Below are positions 9,729 through 19,983 of a DNA stretch of 64,000 nt, one piece after another. The stretch covers positions 6,130-70,129 of the forward strand of contig JAGYPA010000017.1 of the NCBI GenBank assembly GCA_018399255.1. Reading direction: 5' to 3'. Made by a program: the position numbers and the translations under genes. A model generated the notes under the pieces. That model worked only from the letters and a program-made list of their open reading frames with translations, was not told the origin of the DNA and ran no database searches. Each line of letters begins with the position of its first letter. Positions within the stretch are counted from its first letter, which is position 1. The stretch is from Spirochaetales bacterium (GTDB lineage: Bacteria; Spirochaetota; Spirochaetia; JABMQR01).

Positions 9729-11424
9729 ATGAAAAAATTGATGGTCTGGGTACTGCTGACTGTTATGAGTCTGGCAGTGATTTCAGCAGCCGGCAGCAAA
9801 GAAGCCGAAGTGTTGGAAATTCAGGAACGGGTAGGATCCGGGTATTTTCACAAGTATGAACCGGGCATCACGCTTACAGGAAACAGAATAAGTTCTGCGA
9901 CGGTTGATTTCGTCAATAATGCTTATGTGGAGTGGGCTGAAGAAGAGCTCGGCATCACCTATAAGCTGAAATGGACTGCCCCGGATGCTGAAACCGATCG
10001 TCAGAAGCTGACTCTGGCTATGGCCAGTAATGATCTTCCTGATATTATCAGCATTGAATCAGGAGACCTCTTTTCCCGTATGGCTAAATCCGGCGTTCTT
10101 AAACCCCTGAATGATCTGCTGGATACCTATGCATCTCCTCTGACCAATGAAAGGATAGAAGTCTATCAGGAAGCTCTGAATGGTAACTTTTTCTCTCTTT
10201 TTCAGATGCAGGGTGATATTTATGCCATGCCGGAAGCTTCAGATGTCTTCTCGTCAAACTGGTATGCCCTCTGGATGCGCGGTGATATTCCTGGCGGAAC
10301 TGGGCATGGAAGCCCCTGATACCATAGAGGAGTTTGAAGCCGTTTTGGCTGCCTATAAAGATGCCAATCCGGGACACGTCGGTATGGTATTCAACCAAAT
10401 CCCATCATGGAAGCTGAGGGCGTTTCCCAAGAAATGGGTGAAAGACAGTAATGGCGGTCTTGTTTACGGAAGCGTGCAGCCTGAAGCCAAGGCGACTCTG
10501 GAAAAACTGAACAGTTGGTACGAAAAGGATATCTGGATAAAGAGTACTTTATCAAGGATGACAGCAAAAATCGCGAACCCATGATTGCCGGCGACGCTTC
10601 TCTATTTACGGTAACTGGGTGGTATGTGCTCTGGCCGTTTCCGGATCTCTGGGCAAATGTGCCTGCCGCAGACATGGTGCACCGCTTATGCCGCCTCCCG
10701 GACCTGACGGAGGCAAGGTAATCATGCATGATATTAATAACGGCTATTTCGGTAGCGGCCGTGCAATCAGTGCAGCGTGCGAACACCCCGAAGCACTGGT
10801 GTTTATGCTGAATCAGAATGGATTCCCAATTCAGGTTTGACGGAGCCTTACGGGAAAAATGAAGACAGTAGGGTATGAATTCATGTATCCCTATGAACAG
10901 TGGCAGCAGCCAGTCAATCCCGAAGCGCCTCAGGAAGAACAAATATGGGAACTACCAGGTAGAAGGTCCGACAAATTCTGGAACTCCCACGCGTGGAAAC
11001 CCTGCAAATCTGCCTTTGATTCAAATATAATGAGGGCCCGTACGATCTGCTGAACAGGTATCTGGTAACAGCAAAAGCGTACAGAATGATGCTATTGATA
11101 CACTGAGTGTTCGGATCAAAATTGACTATACGGAGTACTTCTCAACCCCGGTCAGCAAGATGGAAGCGCATGTGAGAAATGTGGAAAATGTATGACCGAA
11201 TCAGGATAGAAGGGATTATTATCTACAATGAGTTTACAACGGCACCTACCCCGAGTATGGTGGATCGGCAGGCTTATCTGGATAAGATAGAAGAGGAGTA
11301 TTATACCAAAATCATCACTGGTGAGCTTCCTGTAAGCTCTTTTGATACATTTACTGCTGAGTGGGAAAAAGCTGGGGGTGCAGATATAACATCCGAAGTG
11401 AATGAATGGTACAAGACAAAATAA
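9729..11424 (+). CDS. Carbohydrate ABC transporter solute-binding protein (LplA-like), broken by several frameshifts
   Basis: Signal peptide MKKLMVW...AAGSKE and ASNDLPD; fragments continue in other frames (APDTIEEFEAVLAAYK; GSVQPEAKATLEKLNSWY; YTKIITGELPVSSFDTFTAEWEKAGGADITSEVNEWY). Confidence 0.8.
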
Positions 11425-11454
11425 CCTTTGTACTGAAAGCAGGTAATCTATGAT

Positions 11455-11482
11455 GGTCGGGGAACATACGGTCTCCCCGACC
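11455..11482 (+). other. Stem-loop just downstream of the SBP gene (mRNA stabiliser or partial terminator)
   Basis: GGTCGGGGA-N10-TCCCCGACC, a perfect 9-bp stem. Confidence 0.55.
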
Positions 11483-11542
11483 GGATACTATCAGCTGTCC
11501 GGCAAATAAACCGCTGCCGGCGGTACAAAAAGGAAAATCTCT

Positions 11543-12493
11543 ATGCTGCTGCGCTGTCATCGCTCGGTCGGTCAGGCCGGAATTCGTTTGAAGAAACTGA
11601 AAAACTATATGACAGGGAACTATCCCCTCTATCTCATGATGATTCCGGCACTGGTTCTACTTGTCCTGTTCAATTATGTGCCGATGTATGGGATAATTAT
11701 AGCCTTTCAGGATTATATGCCGCTTTACGGCTTTTCCGGATCTCCATGGGTAGGACTGCGCTGGTTCTCGTATCTGCTGGACATGCCGGATGCACTGCAG
11801 GTTATTGTAAATACCGTCATCATAGCGATAGGGAAAATTTTGTTTTCCACTGCAGCTTCCATTCTTTTCGCTTTGCTGCTCAATGAATTGCGCGGGAAAA
11901 AGTTCAAGAAAATTGTCCAGACTGCGGTGTATCTGCCGCACTTTTTCTCTTGGGTAATCATAGGTGGTATTTTTGTTGATTTACTGTCATTGAATGGTAT
12001 TATCAATCAGTTTCTTCAGTGGATTGGACTGCAGAAACCTGTTTTTTTTCTTGGCAGCAACAGGTATTTTCGAGGCACCATGATTGGTCTGGAAATATGG
12101 AAAAGCTTCGGATGGGGCGCGATTATCTACTTGGCTGCCATAGCGAACATAAGTCCCAATCTGTATGAGTCAGCAGCCATAGATGGTGCAGGAAGACTGC
12201 GGCAGGCGGTTTCCATAACCCTTCCGAGTATTCTGCCCACGATCATCCTTCTGGCAACGTTGAGCCTGGGAAATGTGCTCAATGCCGGGTTTGAACAGAT
12301 CTTTGTCATGTATAACGAAGTGGTTTACGAAACGGGAGATATTATTGATACCTTTGTCTACCGAATCGGTCTTGAAAATGCTCAGTTCAGCCTTTCCACT
12401 GCGGTGGGACTGTTTAAATCTGTTGTTTCGTTTGTTTTGATAACCGGTTCATATTTGTTTGCCTACAAACGGGCAAATTATCGAATCTTCTGA
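11543..12493 (+). CDS. Carbohydrate ABC transporter permease (LplB-like)
   Basis: NYVPMYGIIIAFQDY, YLPHFFSWV, EAA loop LYESAAIDGAGR; the true start may be TTG 11588 or ATG 11609. Confidence 0.93.
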   Translation: MLLRCHRSVGQAGIRLKKLKNYMTGNYPLYLMMIPALVLLVLFNYVPMYGIIIAFQDYMPLYGFSGSPWVGLRWFSYLLDMPDALQVIVNTVIIAIGKILFSTAASILFALLLNELRGKKFKKIVQTAVYLPHFFSWVIIGGIFVDLLSLNGIINQFLQWIGLQKPVFFLGSNRYFRGTMIGLEIWKSFGWGAIIYLAAIANISPNLYESAAIDGAGRLRQAVSITLPSILPTIILLATLSLGNVLNAGFEQIFVMYNEVVYETGDIIDTFVYRIGLENAQFSLSTAVGLFKSVVSFVLITGSYLFAYKRANYRIF

Positions 12494-12612
12494 TGTTTTC
12501 GCGAAAGGCCGGGATTACCGCCTAAATGCCGGCATGTGAAGGAATTCGGCATGTGAATGAATGCCAGTGAACAGCCAGCCGGCTGTGAAGGAAAAGGAGC
12601 AAGGGTAGTAAC

Positions 12613-13500
12613 ATGATGGTAGAGGATGCTTCTACGGGAGCAAAAATATGGAACAACAGCCTATACATTTTCCTTGGGCTGCTGGCTGCAAGCTGCATAC
12701 TCCCGGTGATTCACGTTCTGGCAGTCTCTTTCAGCAGCAAGGCAGCTTCTGCTGCAAATCTTGTTAGATTCACACCGGTCGGTTTCCATACCCGGGCTTA
12801 TCAGAAAGTTCTTACCAGTCCACTCTTTATCAGAAGTTTTGGTATTTCCGTACTCAGGGTTCTGGTTGGAACTGCGGTTAACATGTTCATGGTCAGCATC
12901 ACCTCCTACCCGCTATCAAAGGAGCCTGGGGAATTCAAGGGTCGACTCTTTTTTGTCTGGCTGATATTCTTTCCCATGCTGTTTACCGGCGGACTTATAC
13001 CCACCTATCTGCAGGTGAGAAATCTCGGTCTTATAGATTCCTTCTGGTCGCTCATCCTCCCCACTGCAGTACCCATGTTCAGCATTATCATCATGATGAA
13101 CTTTTTCCGGGGTATCCCGAAAAGCCTTTCGGAAGCTGCGTATATTGAGGGAGCAGGACATTTGACGGTCCTCAGAAGCGTTTACTTACCGATATCAACA
13201 GCAGCCATTGCAACCTTAACACTTTTTGCCGTGGTCGGGCATTGGAACGAGTGGTTTCAGGGGTTTATTTACATTAATGACACAGAAAGATGGCCACTGC
13301 AGACCTATCTGCGACAAATGCTTCTTCCTACAACGCTACAGAATCTGACGTTGGAGGATCTTGATACGATGCAGTATCTGTCGGATAAGAATTTCAAGGC
13401 AGCCCAGATATTTATTGCCATGATACCGATTCTCCTATTTTATCCGTTTCTTCAACGCTACTTTATCGCGGGGCTGACTCTGGGATCGGTGAAAGAGTAG
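12613..13500 (+). CDS. Carbohydrate ABC transporter permease (LplC-like)
   Basis: FTGGLIPTYL, IPKSLSEAAYIEGA, WNEWF, YPFLQRYFIAGLTLGSVKE. Confidence 0.93.
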   Translation: MMVEDASTGAKIWNNSLYIFLGLLAASCILPVIHVLAVSFSSKAASAANLVRFTPVGFHTRAYQKVLTSPLFIRSFGISVLRVLVGTAVNMFMVSITSYPLSKEPGEFKGRLFFVWLIFFPMLFTGGLIPTYLQVRNLGLIDSFWSLILPTAVPMFSIIIMMNFFRGIPKSLSEAAYIEGAGHLTVLRSVYLPISTAAIATLTLFAVVGHWNEWFQGFIYINDTERWPLQTYLRQMLLPTTLQNLTLEDLDTMQYLSDKNFKAAQIFIAMIPILLFYPFLQRYFIAGLTLGSVKE

Positions 13501-13536
13501 GAGCAGAAAAGAAAACGCAGGAGACTGGAGAAGACC

Positions 13537-15867
13537 ATGAGACTGATGAATGAAGCTTTGGATATAAGCACAGAATTCGATAACCCGACATCGACATTTT
13601 TTCAGATGGAAAAACTGAACAATTGGGATATGAACTCGCTGTCAGGCTCAATAACCTGGTGCAGAAAGATAAAAAAAGCACGACATGCCTTCAACCAGAC
13701 TTCCATGGCCTACGAGGATACAAAATCTTGGAGTTTTCCGCCCGATTACCCTGAAAAACCGGAACTTTTGTTTTCCTCTTTCCGTATTTCCCACTCGGTG
13801 TTCAGGGTTCGTATTGCATTACGTGAAATTGCCGAAAGTCAGGTGGAGGATGAAACGGGAATTCTTGTTGATCCATGTCTTGATGATCCCTCAGGATGGC
13901 AGACTGACGAAACAGAAGAACGTATCATTTTTTCTTCCCCCTCAATGATTGTGGAGCTGGTGCGTAATCCATTTTCTCTCGTGATCAGAGACGGTAACGG
14001 AAATCTGCTTACCTCCACCATACATCAGCACATGCAAACCAGTTTGCGAAATTCCGATGAACCAGTGTGTGAAATAGTTCATAACCAGCAGAGTTGGGAG
14101 AAGCGGGGGAGAGTAGCTTTTACTCTTTCTCATGATGAGCGTCTGTATGGGACCGGTGAATCTTTTACCAGCCTGAACAAGCGGGGACAGACAGCAGTGC
14201 TGTGGAGTCAGGATGCTCATGGGTGTCAGACAGAGCGATACTACAAGCCAGTACCTTTTGTTATGTCTAACCGTGGGTGGGGTTTGTTCCTGAATACCAC
14301 TATGCCGGCGGTGTTTGATATGGGAAAGACGTATGACCGATGTTTCGGGGTTTATGCAGGGGACCCGATAATTGATCTTTTTCTCTTTACTGGAACACCG
14401 GAGACCATGCTAACCGAATACACACGTATTACTGGACGTGCTGCTTGCCCCCCGTTGTGGTCCTTCGGTCTGTGGATGAGCCGCATCACGTACAAAACCA
14501 GAGAAGAAGTGGAAGCGGTAGCTGACAAAATGAGGACTGAAAAAATTCCCTGTGATGTCATTCATATCGATACAGGATGGTTTGAATCTGACTGGCGCTG
14601 TGACTTCGCGTTTTCACCGACACGATTTCCCGAACCGGAAGCAATGATTCACAGGCTGGCTGAGGATGGTTACCACATCAGCCTCTGGCAGCTTCCCTAT
14701 TTTACTCCCCGCAATCCTCTCTACCGGGAGCTGGTGGAAAACGGCTATGCAGTTGCCGGCCCGGGAGGGAGACCTCCGACCGATGATGCAATACTGGATT
14801 TTACAAACCCCGAAGCTTCAGTCTGGTATAAGAATCATATTCGCAATCTGATAAGCAACGGAGTATCGGCGATTAAAGCTGATTTCGGTGAAGCAGCGCC
14901 GTTAGCTGGGTGGTATGCAAGCGGATATGACGGAATGAAAGAACACAATCGGTATCCGCTGCTTTACAATAAAGCAGTGTTTGAGGCAACCTGCGAAGCT
15001 TCCGGTGAGGGGGTGATCTGGGGAAGGAGTGCCTGGGCAGGCAGTCAGAGGTATCCGGTGCACTGGGCGGGAGATGCCGAAAACACCGCATCAGCCATGG
15101 CTGCCACCCTGAGAGCAGGGCTTTCTCTTGGGTTAAGTGGGTTCACCTTCTGGAGTCACGATATTGGCGGGTTTGTTAAACCGAGTGATAAGGCATTGTA
15201 CCGCCGCTGGCTTCCCTTCGGTATGCTTACCAGCCATAGCCGATGTCATGGAGCGCCTCCCAAAGAACCCTGGTTCTATGACCGTGAATTTACCGATTTT
15301 TTCAGATATACTGTTGAGTTCAAATATCGGCTGATGCCGTACATTATGGCAGAGTCCATTGCTGCAGCCAATAAGGGCTGGCCGATGGTACGACCGCTGT
15401 TTTTCCACTATCCCAGTGATCGGACCAGCTGGTTTGTGGAGGATGAATATCTATTCGGGCGTAACATTCTGGCGGCACCGATTTTTTCTGAAGATGACGA
15501 TGCTCGCGACGTGTACCTCCCTCCCGGTCGCTGGGTGGATATACAGACAGATGCTGTATACGAGGGTGGTTTCTGGCATATGGTATCCGGAGGACGCCTG
15601 ATGATGCCAGTTTTTGTTCGCGAAGGAACAGTTGTTCCTCTGGTAGAGCCTGCTTGCAGCACCAGCAGGATAGACTGGGATTCTGTCACCCTCTACATAT
15701 GCAGCAATACCGAAGGTTCCGGCAGTCATTATTCATCTTATGCGGCATCCTATCATCCGGACATCGGTCTTTACGACATTGATACGGTTTCAGGCAGGGC
15801 GGTAGGTGCAGACCACATTATCTGCAGGAAAGTGTATTCGCTGGTTAAACCGGAGATGAGGCAGTAA
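13537..15867 (+). CDS. Glycoside hydrolase family 31, alpha-xylosidase-like
   Basis: YGTGESF, PPLWSFGLWMS, nucleophile motif KADFGE, HWAGD, WSHDIGGF, SHSRCHG. Confidence 0.9.
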   Translation: MRLMNEALDISTEFDNPTSTFFQMEKLNNWDMNSLSGSITWCRKIKKARHAFNQTSMAYEDTKSWSFPPDYPEKPELLFSSFRISHSVFRVRIALREIAESQVEDETGILVDPCLDDPSGWQTDETEERIIFSSPSMIVELVRNPFSLVIRDGNGNLLTSTIHQHMQTSLRNSDEPVCEIVHNQQSWEKRGRVAFTLSHDERLYGTGESFTSLNKRGQTAVLWSQDAHGCQTERYYKPVPFVMSNRGWGLFLNTTMPAVFDMGKTYDRCFGVYAGDPIIDLFLFTGTPETMLTEYTRITGRAACPPLWSFGLWMSRITYKTREEVEAVADKMRTEKIPCDVIHIDTGWFESDWRCDFAFSPTRFPEPEAMIHRLAEDGYHISLWQLPYFTPRNPLYRELVENGYAVAGPGGRPPTDDAILDFTNPEASVWYKNHIRNLISNGVSAIKADFGEAAPLAGWYASGYDGMKEHNRYPLLYNKAVFEATCEASGEGVIWGRSAWAGSQRYPVHWAGDAENTASAMAATLRAGLSLGLSGFTFWSHDIGGFVKPSDKALYRRWLPFGMLTSHSRCHGAPPKEPWFYDREFTDFFRYTVEFKYRLMPYIMAESIAAANKGWPMVRPLFFHYPSDRTSWFVEDEYLFGRNILAAPIFSEDDDARDVYLPPGRWVDIQTDAVYEGGFWHMVSGGRLMMPVFVREGTVVPLVEPACSTSRIDWDSVTLYICSNTEGSGSHYSSYAASYHPDIGLYDIDTVSGRAVGADHIICRKVYSLVKPEMRQ

Positions 15868-15886
15868 GATCAATAAAGGATAACAT

Positions 15887-18670
15887 ATGGATATACAATG
15901 GTATGCTGCAGCGCAGGAGCTGACAGCACAGATGACGCTGGAAGAGAAGGCAAGCCTCTGTTCGGGAAAAGATTTCTGGAACCTCAAAGGCATAGAACGG
16001 CTGAATTTGCCCGAAATCATGGTCACCGATGGACCGCACGGGCTCAGGAAGCAGTCTGAAGAAACCGACCATGAGGGTTTGCGTCCAAGTATCCCGAGCA
16101 CCTGCTTTCCCCGGCCGTCACCATGGCCTGCACGTGGGACCCCGGGCTCATCGAAACCTTGGACGCCCTGGCCGGGAGAGCAGGGAAGAGGGCGTATCAG
16201 TAGTCTTGGGACCCGGGGCAAACATCGCTGATCGCCCCTGTGCGGGCGAAATTTAGTATTTCTCTGAAGATCCCTTTCTTTACCGGAGAATTTGGCCTTG
16301 GCCCACATCCGCGGAGTCAGAGCGGAGGCATCGGCACATCCCTCAAGCATTTTGCCGTAAACAACCAGGAAACCAACCGGCTGTTTATTGATGCCGTGGT
16401 CGATGAACACCCTGCGGGAAATCTACCTGCCTGGATTCGAAAAGGCGGTGAAAGAAGGGTCAGCCTGACACAGTCATTGCGCCTACAATCGCCTGAACGG
16501 CACCTACTGCAGTGAAAACGAATACCCGCTCACCACGATTCCCGGGATCAGTGGGGCTTTACGGGGATGGTCGTTTCCGACTGGGGCCGTAAGCGATCGG
16601 GTAAAGGAATTCAGGCCGGGCTGGACCGGAAATGCCCGCGAGCCGCGGCGAAAACGACCGCAAGATTGTTGAGGCAGTCAAGTCCGGTGCCCTCGCCGAT
16701 GAACTCCCCGACCGGGCAGCCGTCCGGATAACAGCCCTGATTCTCAAGTCGGCAGACTTCCCTCAAGGCATCAGACCCCCAAGGCATCAGACTTCAAGTC
16801 GGCAGCTTCCCTCAAGGTATCAGACCCTCAAGTCAGCAGCCTTCCCGGAATGCCGATCACCCCCGCAGCAGGCAAAGCTGATGAGCAGGGGCAGGGCGGC
16901 CGCATACAATCGGGATCAGCACCATAACCTGGCTCGAACCATCGCCGCCGAAGGCATCGTACTTCTCAAAACCAGGACAACCTCCTGCCGATCACGTGCC
17001 CAGGGAGGCAAACCCCCGCAAACCTCGAAAACAGATAACCCCGGCAAACCCCCGCACCCCCCGCAAAAAGATCGCCGTATTGGCGATTTCGCCCGGAACC
17101 CACGCTATCAGGGAGCAGGAAGTTCGGCAAGTAACCCGACACGCCTTGACTCAGCCCTGGATGCAATAATCGGCAGCCGAACCCTTTGGGCATGCCAGAT
17201 TGATTTTGCCCGGGGCTATGACCCCGACAAAACCGAAAACCCCGATATTTCCGGACACACCGGATACCCCCTGAAAACCCCGAAGCTTCCGACACACCGG
17301 ATACCCCCGAAAACCCCGAAATTCAGCCGGAAAAATCGGACCTTGCAGCAGAAGCCTGCAGACTTGCCGCAGCCGCTGACCTGGTCCTGCTGTTTGCCGG
17401 ACTGCCCGATTCCTACGAATCCGAAGGATTTGACCGCACCCACATGCGCCTTCCTGAAGAACATAACCAGCTGATAAGAGCCGTGGCAAAGGCAAACCCG
17501 AAAACAGCCGTAATACTCAGCAACGGAGCCCCGGTAGAAATGCCCTGGGCAGATTCAGTCCCGGCAATCCTGGAAACCTACCTGGGAGGCCAGGCCGGCG
17601 GCAGCGCCGCGGCAGATGTGCTATTCGGCAAGGTAAATCCATCCGGACATCTCGCAGAGACATTCCCCCTAATCCTGGCTGATACCCCCTGCTGCGAAAA
17701 CTTCCCCGGAGGCAGGTATCGCGTACAGTACCGGGAAGGCCTGCATGTCGGCTACCGCTGGTATGCATCCGCCAACAAACCCGTGCGGTTTCCCTTCGGC
17801 CATGGCCTCAGCTATACCACCTTCACCTTCAGCAAAATGGAGCTCAGCAGGCAATCGATAACGCTGAAAACAGCAAACACGCATCAAGAAACGACCCCGC
17901 TGCTCGAAGTCTCGGTAACCGTGAAGAACACCGGCCAACGGAGCGGCAAAGAGGTAGTCCAGATCTATATACGGCCAAAAAAGAGCTCAGTCTATCGCCC
18001 GGAAATTGAGTTGAAAGGATTCGCCAAAATACTCGTAGAACCCGGGGAAAGCGCAATCGTCACCATCCCCTTGGATGCCAGAGCCTTCTCCTTCTACAAT
18101 ACCGCCATAGGCGACTGGGCGGTAGAGACTGGAACCTACGAGATTCTTGCTGGAAGCTCATCGGAATCCATTCATCTCACAGCTGCTGTACAGATACGGG
18201 TCGATCGGCCTGATACGCGGGAGAGGCTCCTCAGGGAAAATTCGGCTTTTCTGGCCCCGGACATTGATGGGATAAGCTACAGTGACACAGTCTTTGCGGC
18301 TCTGCTTGGGCGGGAAATTCCTTCGGATGTGCCGCTGGAGGATGTTGTCACTCTTAATACACCGCTACGGGATCTGAGAGGGACCGTCGTTGGAGATCAG
18401 CTGCATGCAGGTCTGCTGGCTGGACTGGCGAACCTGTCCACCCCGGAAACCGACGATGTTCAAATCGGAACGGCTTTATCAGCAGTTGATGAAGCCACGA
18501 AGCGTTTGCAAATCAGGCAGAACCGGCAGAAAATGATCAGAATGTTTGAACGAGCTATTGAGGGGATCCCACTTCGGAGCGCATTCATGTTCAGCAGAGG
18601 AGCAGTTTCATTTGCTCAGTTGGAAAAAATGATCAGGCTCCTGAATCAGGAAGGAGGCGCCGAAAGATAA
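15887..18670 (+). CDS. Glycoside hydrolase family 3 beta-glucosidase with C-terminal Fn3-like domain; many frameshifts between ~16100 and ~17440
   Basis: [38 protein letters not shown] (~16570), [27 protein letters not shown] and GKEVVQIY...ELKGFAK are spread over several frames. Confidence 0.85.
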
Positions 18671-18770
18671 ACGGGGGGAATCCGGCTCGCGACAATCCGG
18701 CAGCTCTGCGTATACTTCCCAAACGGAGCGAGAGGAGGAGGGGGCATTTTGATGGTTCCATTCCCGATAA

Positions 18771-18937
18771 GCCAATTCACAGAATTGGCCGTGCTGGGAT
18801 CGCGGGCAAGTTTCTACTTGCCTTAACAACATACCCCCCCCCTGAGTACTCTGCGGCCCCCTTAGGGGCGGCAAAGGAGTCGAAGCCTCCTGGGTCCCAA
18901 GCATTCCCTTAGGGAATGCCGCTTGCCCATGGTAAGC
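18771..18937. other. Intergenic cluster of at least five short hairpins; function unknown
   Basis: GCCAATTC/GAATTGGC 18771-18789; GGCAAGT/ACTTGCC 18805-18822; GCCCC/GGGGC 18856-18869; GCATTCCC/GGGAATGC 18901-18919; GCTTGCC/GGTAAGC 18921-18937. Confidence 0.45.
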
Positions 18938-19122
18938 CGCTTGCCCTGGAGTATGATACCCTGTCAGCAGTATACCCTGTGGAAAACGATTACTCAACTG
19001 AGGCGGAAGCTGTGCTGGCAGTGCAGTCGCAAAGCAGGCGAACAATCTTGTTTTCAATCGTTACGCAGTGCTATTTTCCCTCAAAACTGAAGTTGCTGGT
19101 GCGGAGCAAGGTTGGCAACAGG

Positions 19123-19177
19123 CAACTCACCTACAACTCACCTACAACTCACCTTCAACTCACCTTCAACTCACCTC
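19123..19177. repeat. 11-bp tandem repeat CAACTCACCTH x5
   Basis: Directly visible, 13 bp past the vapC stop codon. Confidence 0.95.
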
Positions 19178-19190
19178 GGAAAGAAAACCC

Positions 19191-19598
19191 TCAGTTTACC
19201 AGGGTCCAATCTTCAATTCGCAGGTCCGGAATTCTGCAGTATTCTTTTGTGTTATGGGTTACAAGAATCCCATTTCCGGCGAGAGCGGTTGCTGCTATGA
19301 TAAGATCATTTGGTCCTATAACATTTCCCTCCAGTTCAAGAGAAGCGCGAAGATCAGCATATACTGCCGCAGCAGAGTCACCAAAGGGTACTATTTCCAT
19401 CGGCCGCAGGAAAGAGTAAATATTATGAAGGTTCTCCTCCCTTTTCATACTCTTCTCAGCTCCATACAGGAGTTCAGCTTTAACCATGGATGGAATTTTG
19501 ATTTGATCAGAATGGTGCTTTGCTAATTGAGGAGCTATAGAGGGGAATAGCCCTTTGAGAAAATAGATACAGATATTCGTATCAAGATACCAGTTCAC
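19191..19598 (-). CDS. vapC: Type II toxin VapC (PIN domain ribonuclease)
   Basis: YLDTNICIY, AELLYGAEKS, IGPNDLIIAATA, LVTHNTKEY..I..L.IEDW. Confidence 0.93.
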   Translation of the reverse strand: MNWYLDTNICIYFLKGLFPSIAPQLAKHHSDQIKIPSMVKAELLYGAEKSMKREENLHNIYSFLRPMEIVPFGDSAAAVYADLRASLELEGNVIGPNDLIIAATALAGNGILVTHNTKEYCRIPDLRIEDWTLVN

Positions 19599-19825
19599 AA
19601 TAATTCCCTTGGAAGGTCTGCAGGAAATTCAGGAGCATCAGGTACTGAAAATGAGTCATCATGTATGGATCCGAACAGCTGGAAAAATTTTTCAGGCCAC
19701 TCTGATTTCAGACTTTTCTTTATCACGCGGGAAACAAATTTTGAGATTGACAGGTTAGCTGAATTGGCGGCAGTTTCCACTTCCTTGAGAGTTTCAGCAT
19801 CAATGTAAAGGGATATTTGCGGCAT
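19595..19825 (-). CDS. Cognate antitoxin (ribbon-helix-helix-like)
   Basis: MPQISLYID...NLSISKFVS...WPEKFFQLFGSI; overlaps the vapC start by 4 nt; GGGAGG RBS. Confidence 0.8.
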   Translation of the reverse strand: MPQISLYIDAETLKEVETAANSANLSISKFVSRVIKKSLKSEWPEKFFQLFGSIHDDSFSVPDAPEFPADLPRELL

Positions 19826-19840
19826 AATTTCCTCCCGCTT

Positions 19841-19886
19841 TAACAAGTATACCCCCAAGTATACTTGTTAGGCCTGTTTCTGTCAA
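19841..19886 (-). promoter_or_regulatory. TA operon promoter with overlapping palindromic operator
   Basis: Minus-strand TTGACA (19886-19881), 17 nt, TATACT (19863-19858); perfect inverted repeat TAACAAGTATAC-N6-GTATACTTGTTA at 19841-19870. Confidence 0.75.
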
Positions 19887-19911
19887 GGGAGGGGAAGAAT
19901 GGGGGAAGAAT

Positions 19912-19974
19912 GGTGTCTGACACCGTATCCCGCAAAAAAACCCTGTTAAATTTCGGAATCCGGTAACAGTCGTC
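19912..19974 (+). repeat. 63-bp hairpin element, copy A (right arm degenerate)
   Basis: GGTGTCTGACACCGTATCCCGCAAAAAAACCCTGTTAAATTTCGGAATCCGGTAACAGTCGTC; collinear with copies at 23445 and 27451. Confidence 0.85.
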
Positions 19975-19983
19975 GAAATGCAG

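Noticed and set aside
10099..11180. Programmed frameshifting or separate small genes in the SBP region
   Set aside because: The fragments are successive pieces of one SBP, with multiple shifts and no single slippery site; error or decay is simpler.
15790..17495. Pro/Gly/Arg-rich ORFs on both strands, including 16632-17474
   Set aside because: They are out-of-frame or antisense readings of the frameshifted GH3 gene.
18871..18895. tRNA or tmRNA suggested by minus-strand GGAGGCTTCGACTCC
   Set aside because: I could not build an acceptor stem, D-arm, anticodon arm or CCA end around it.
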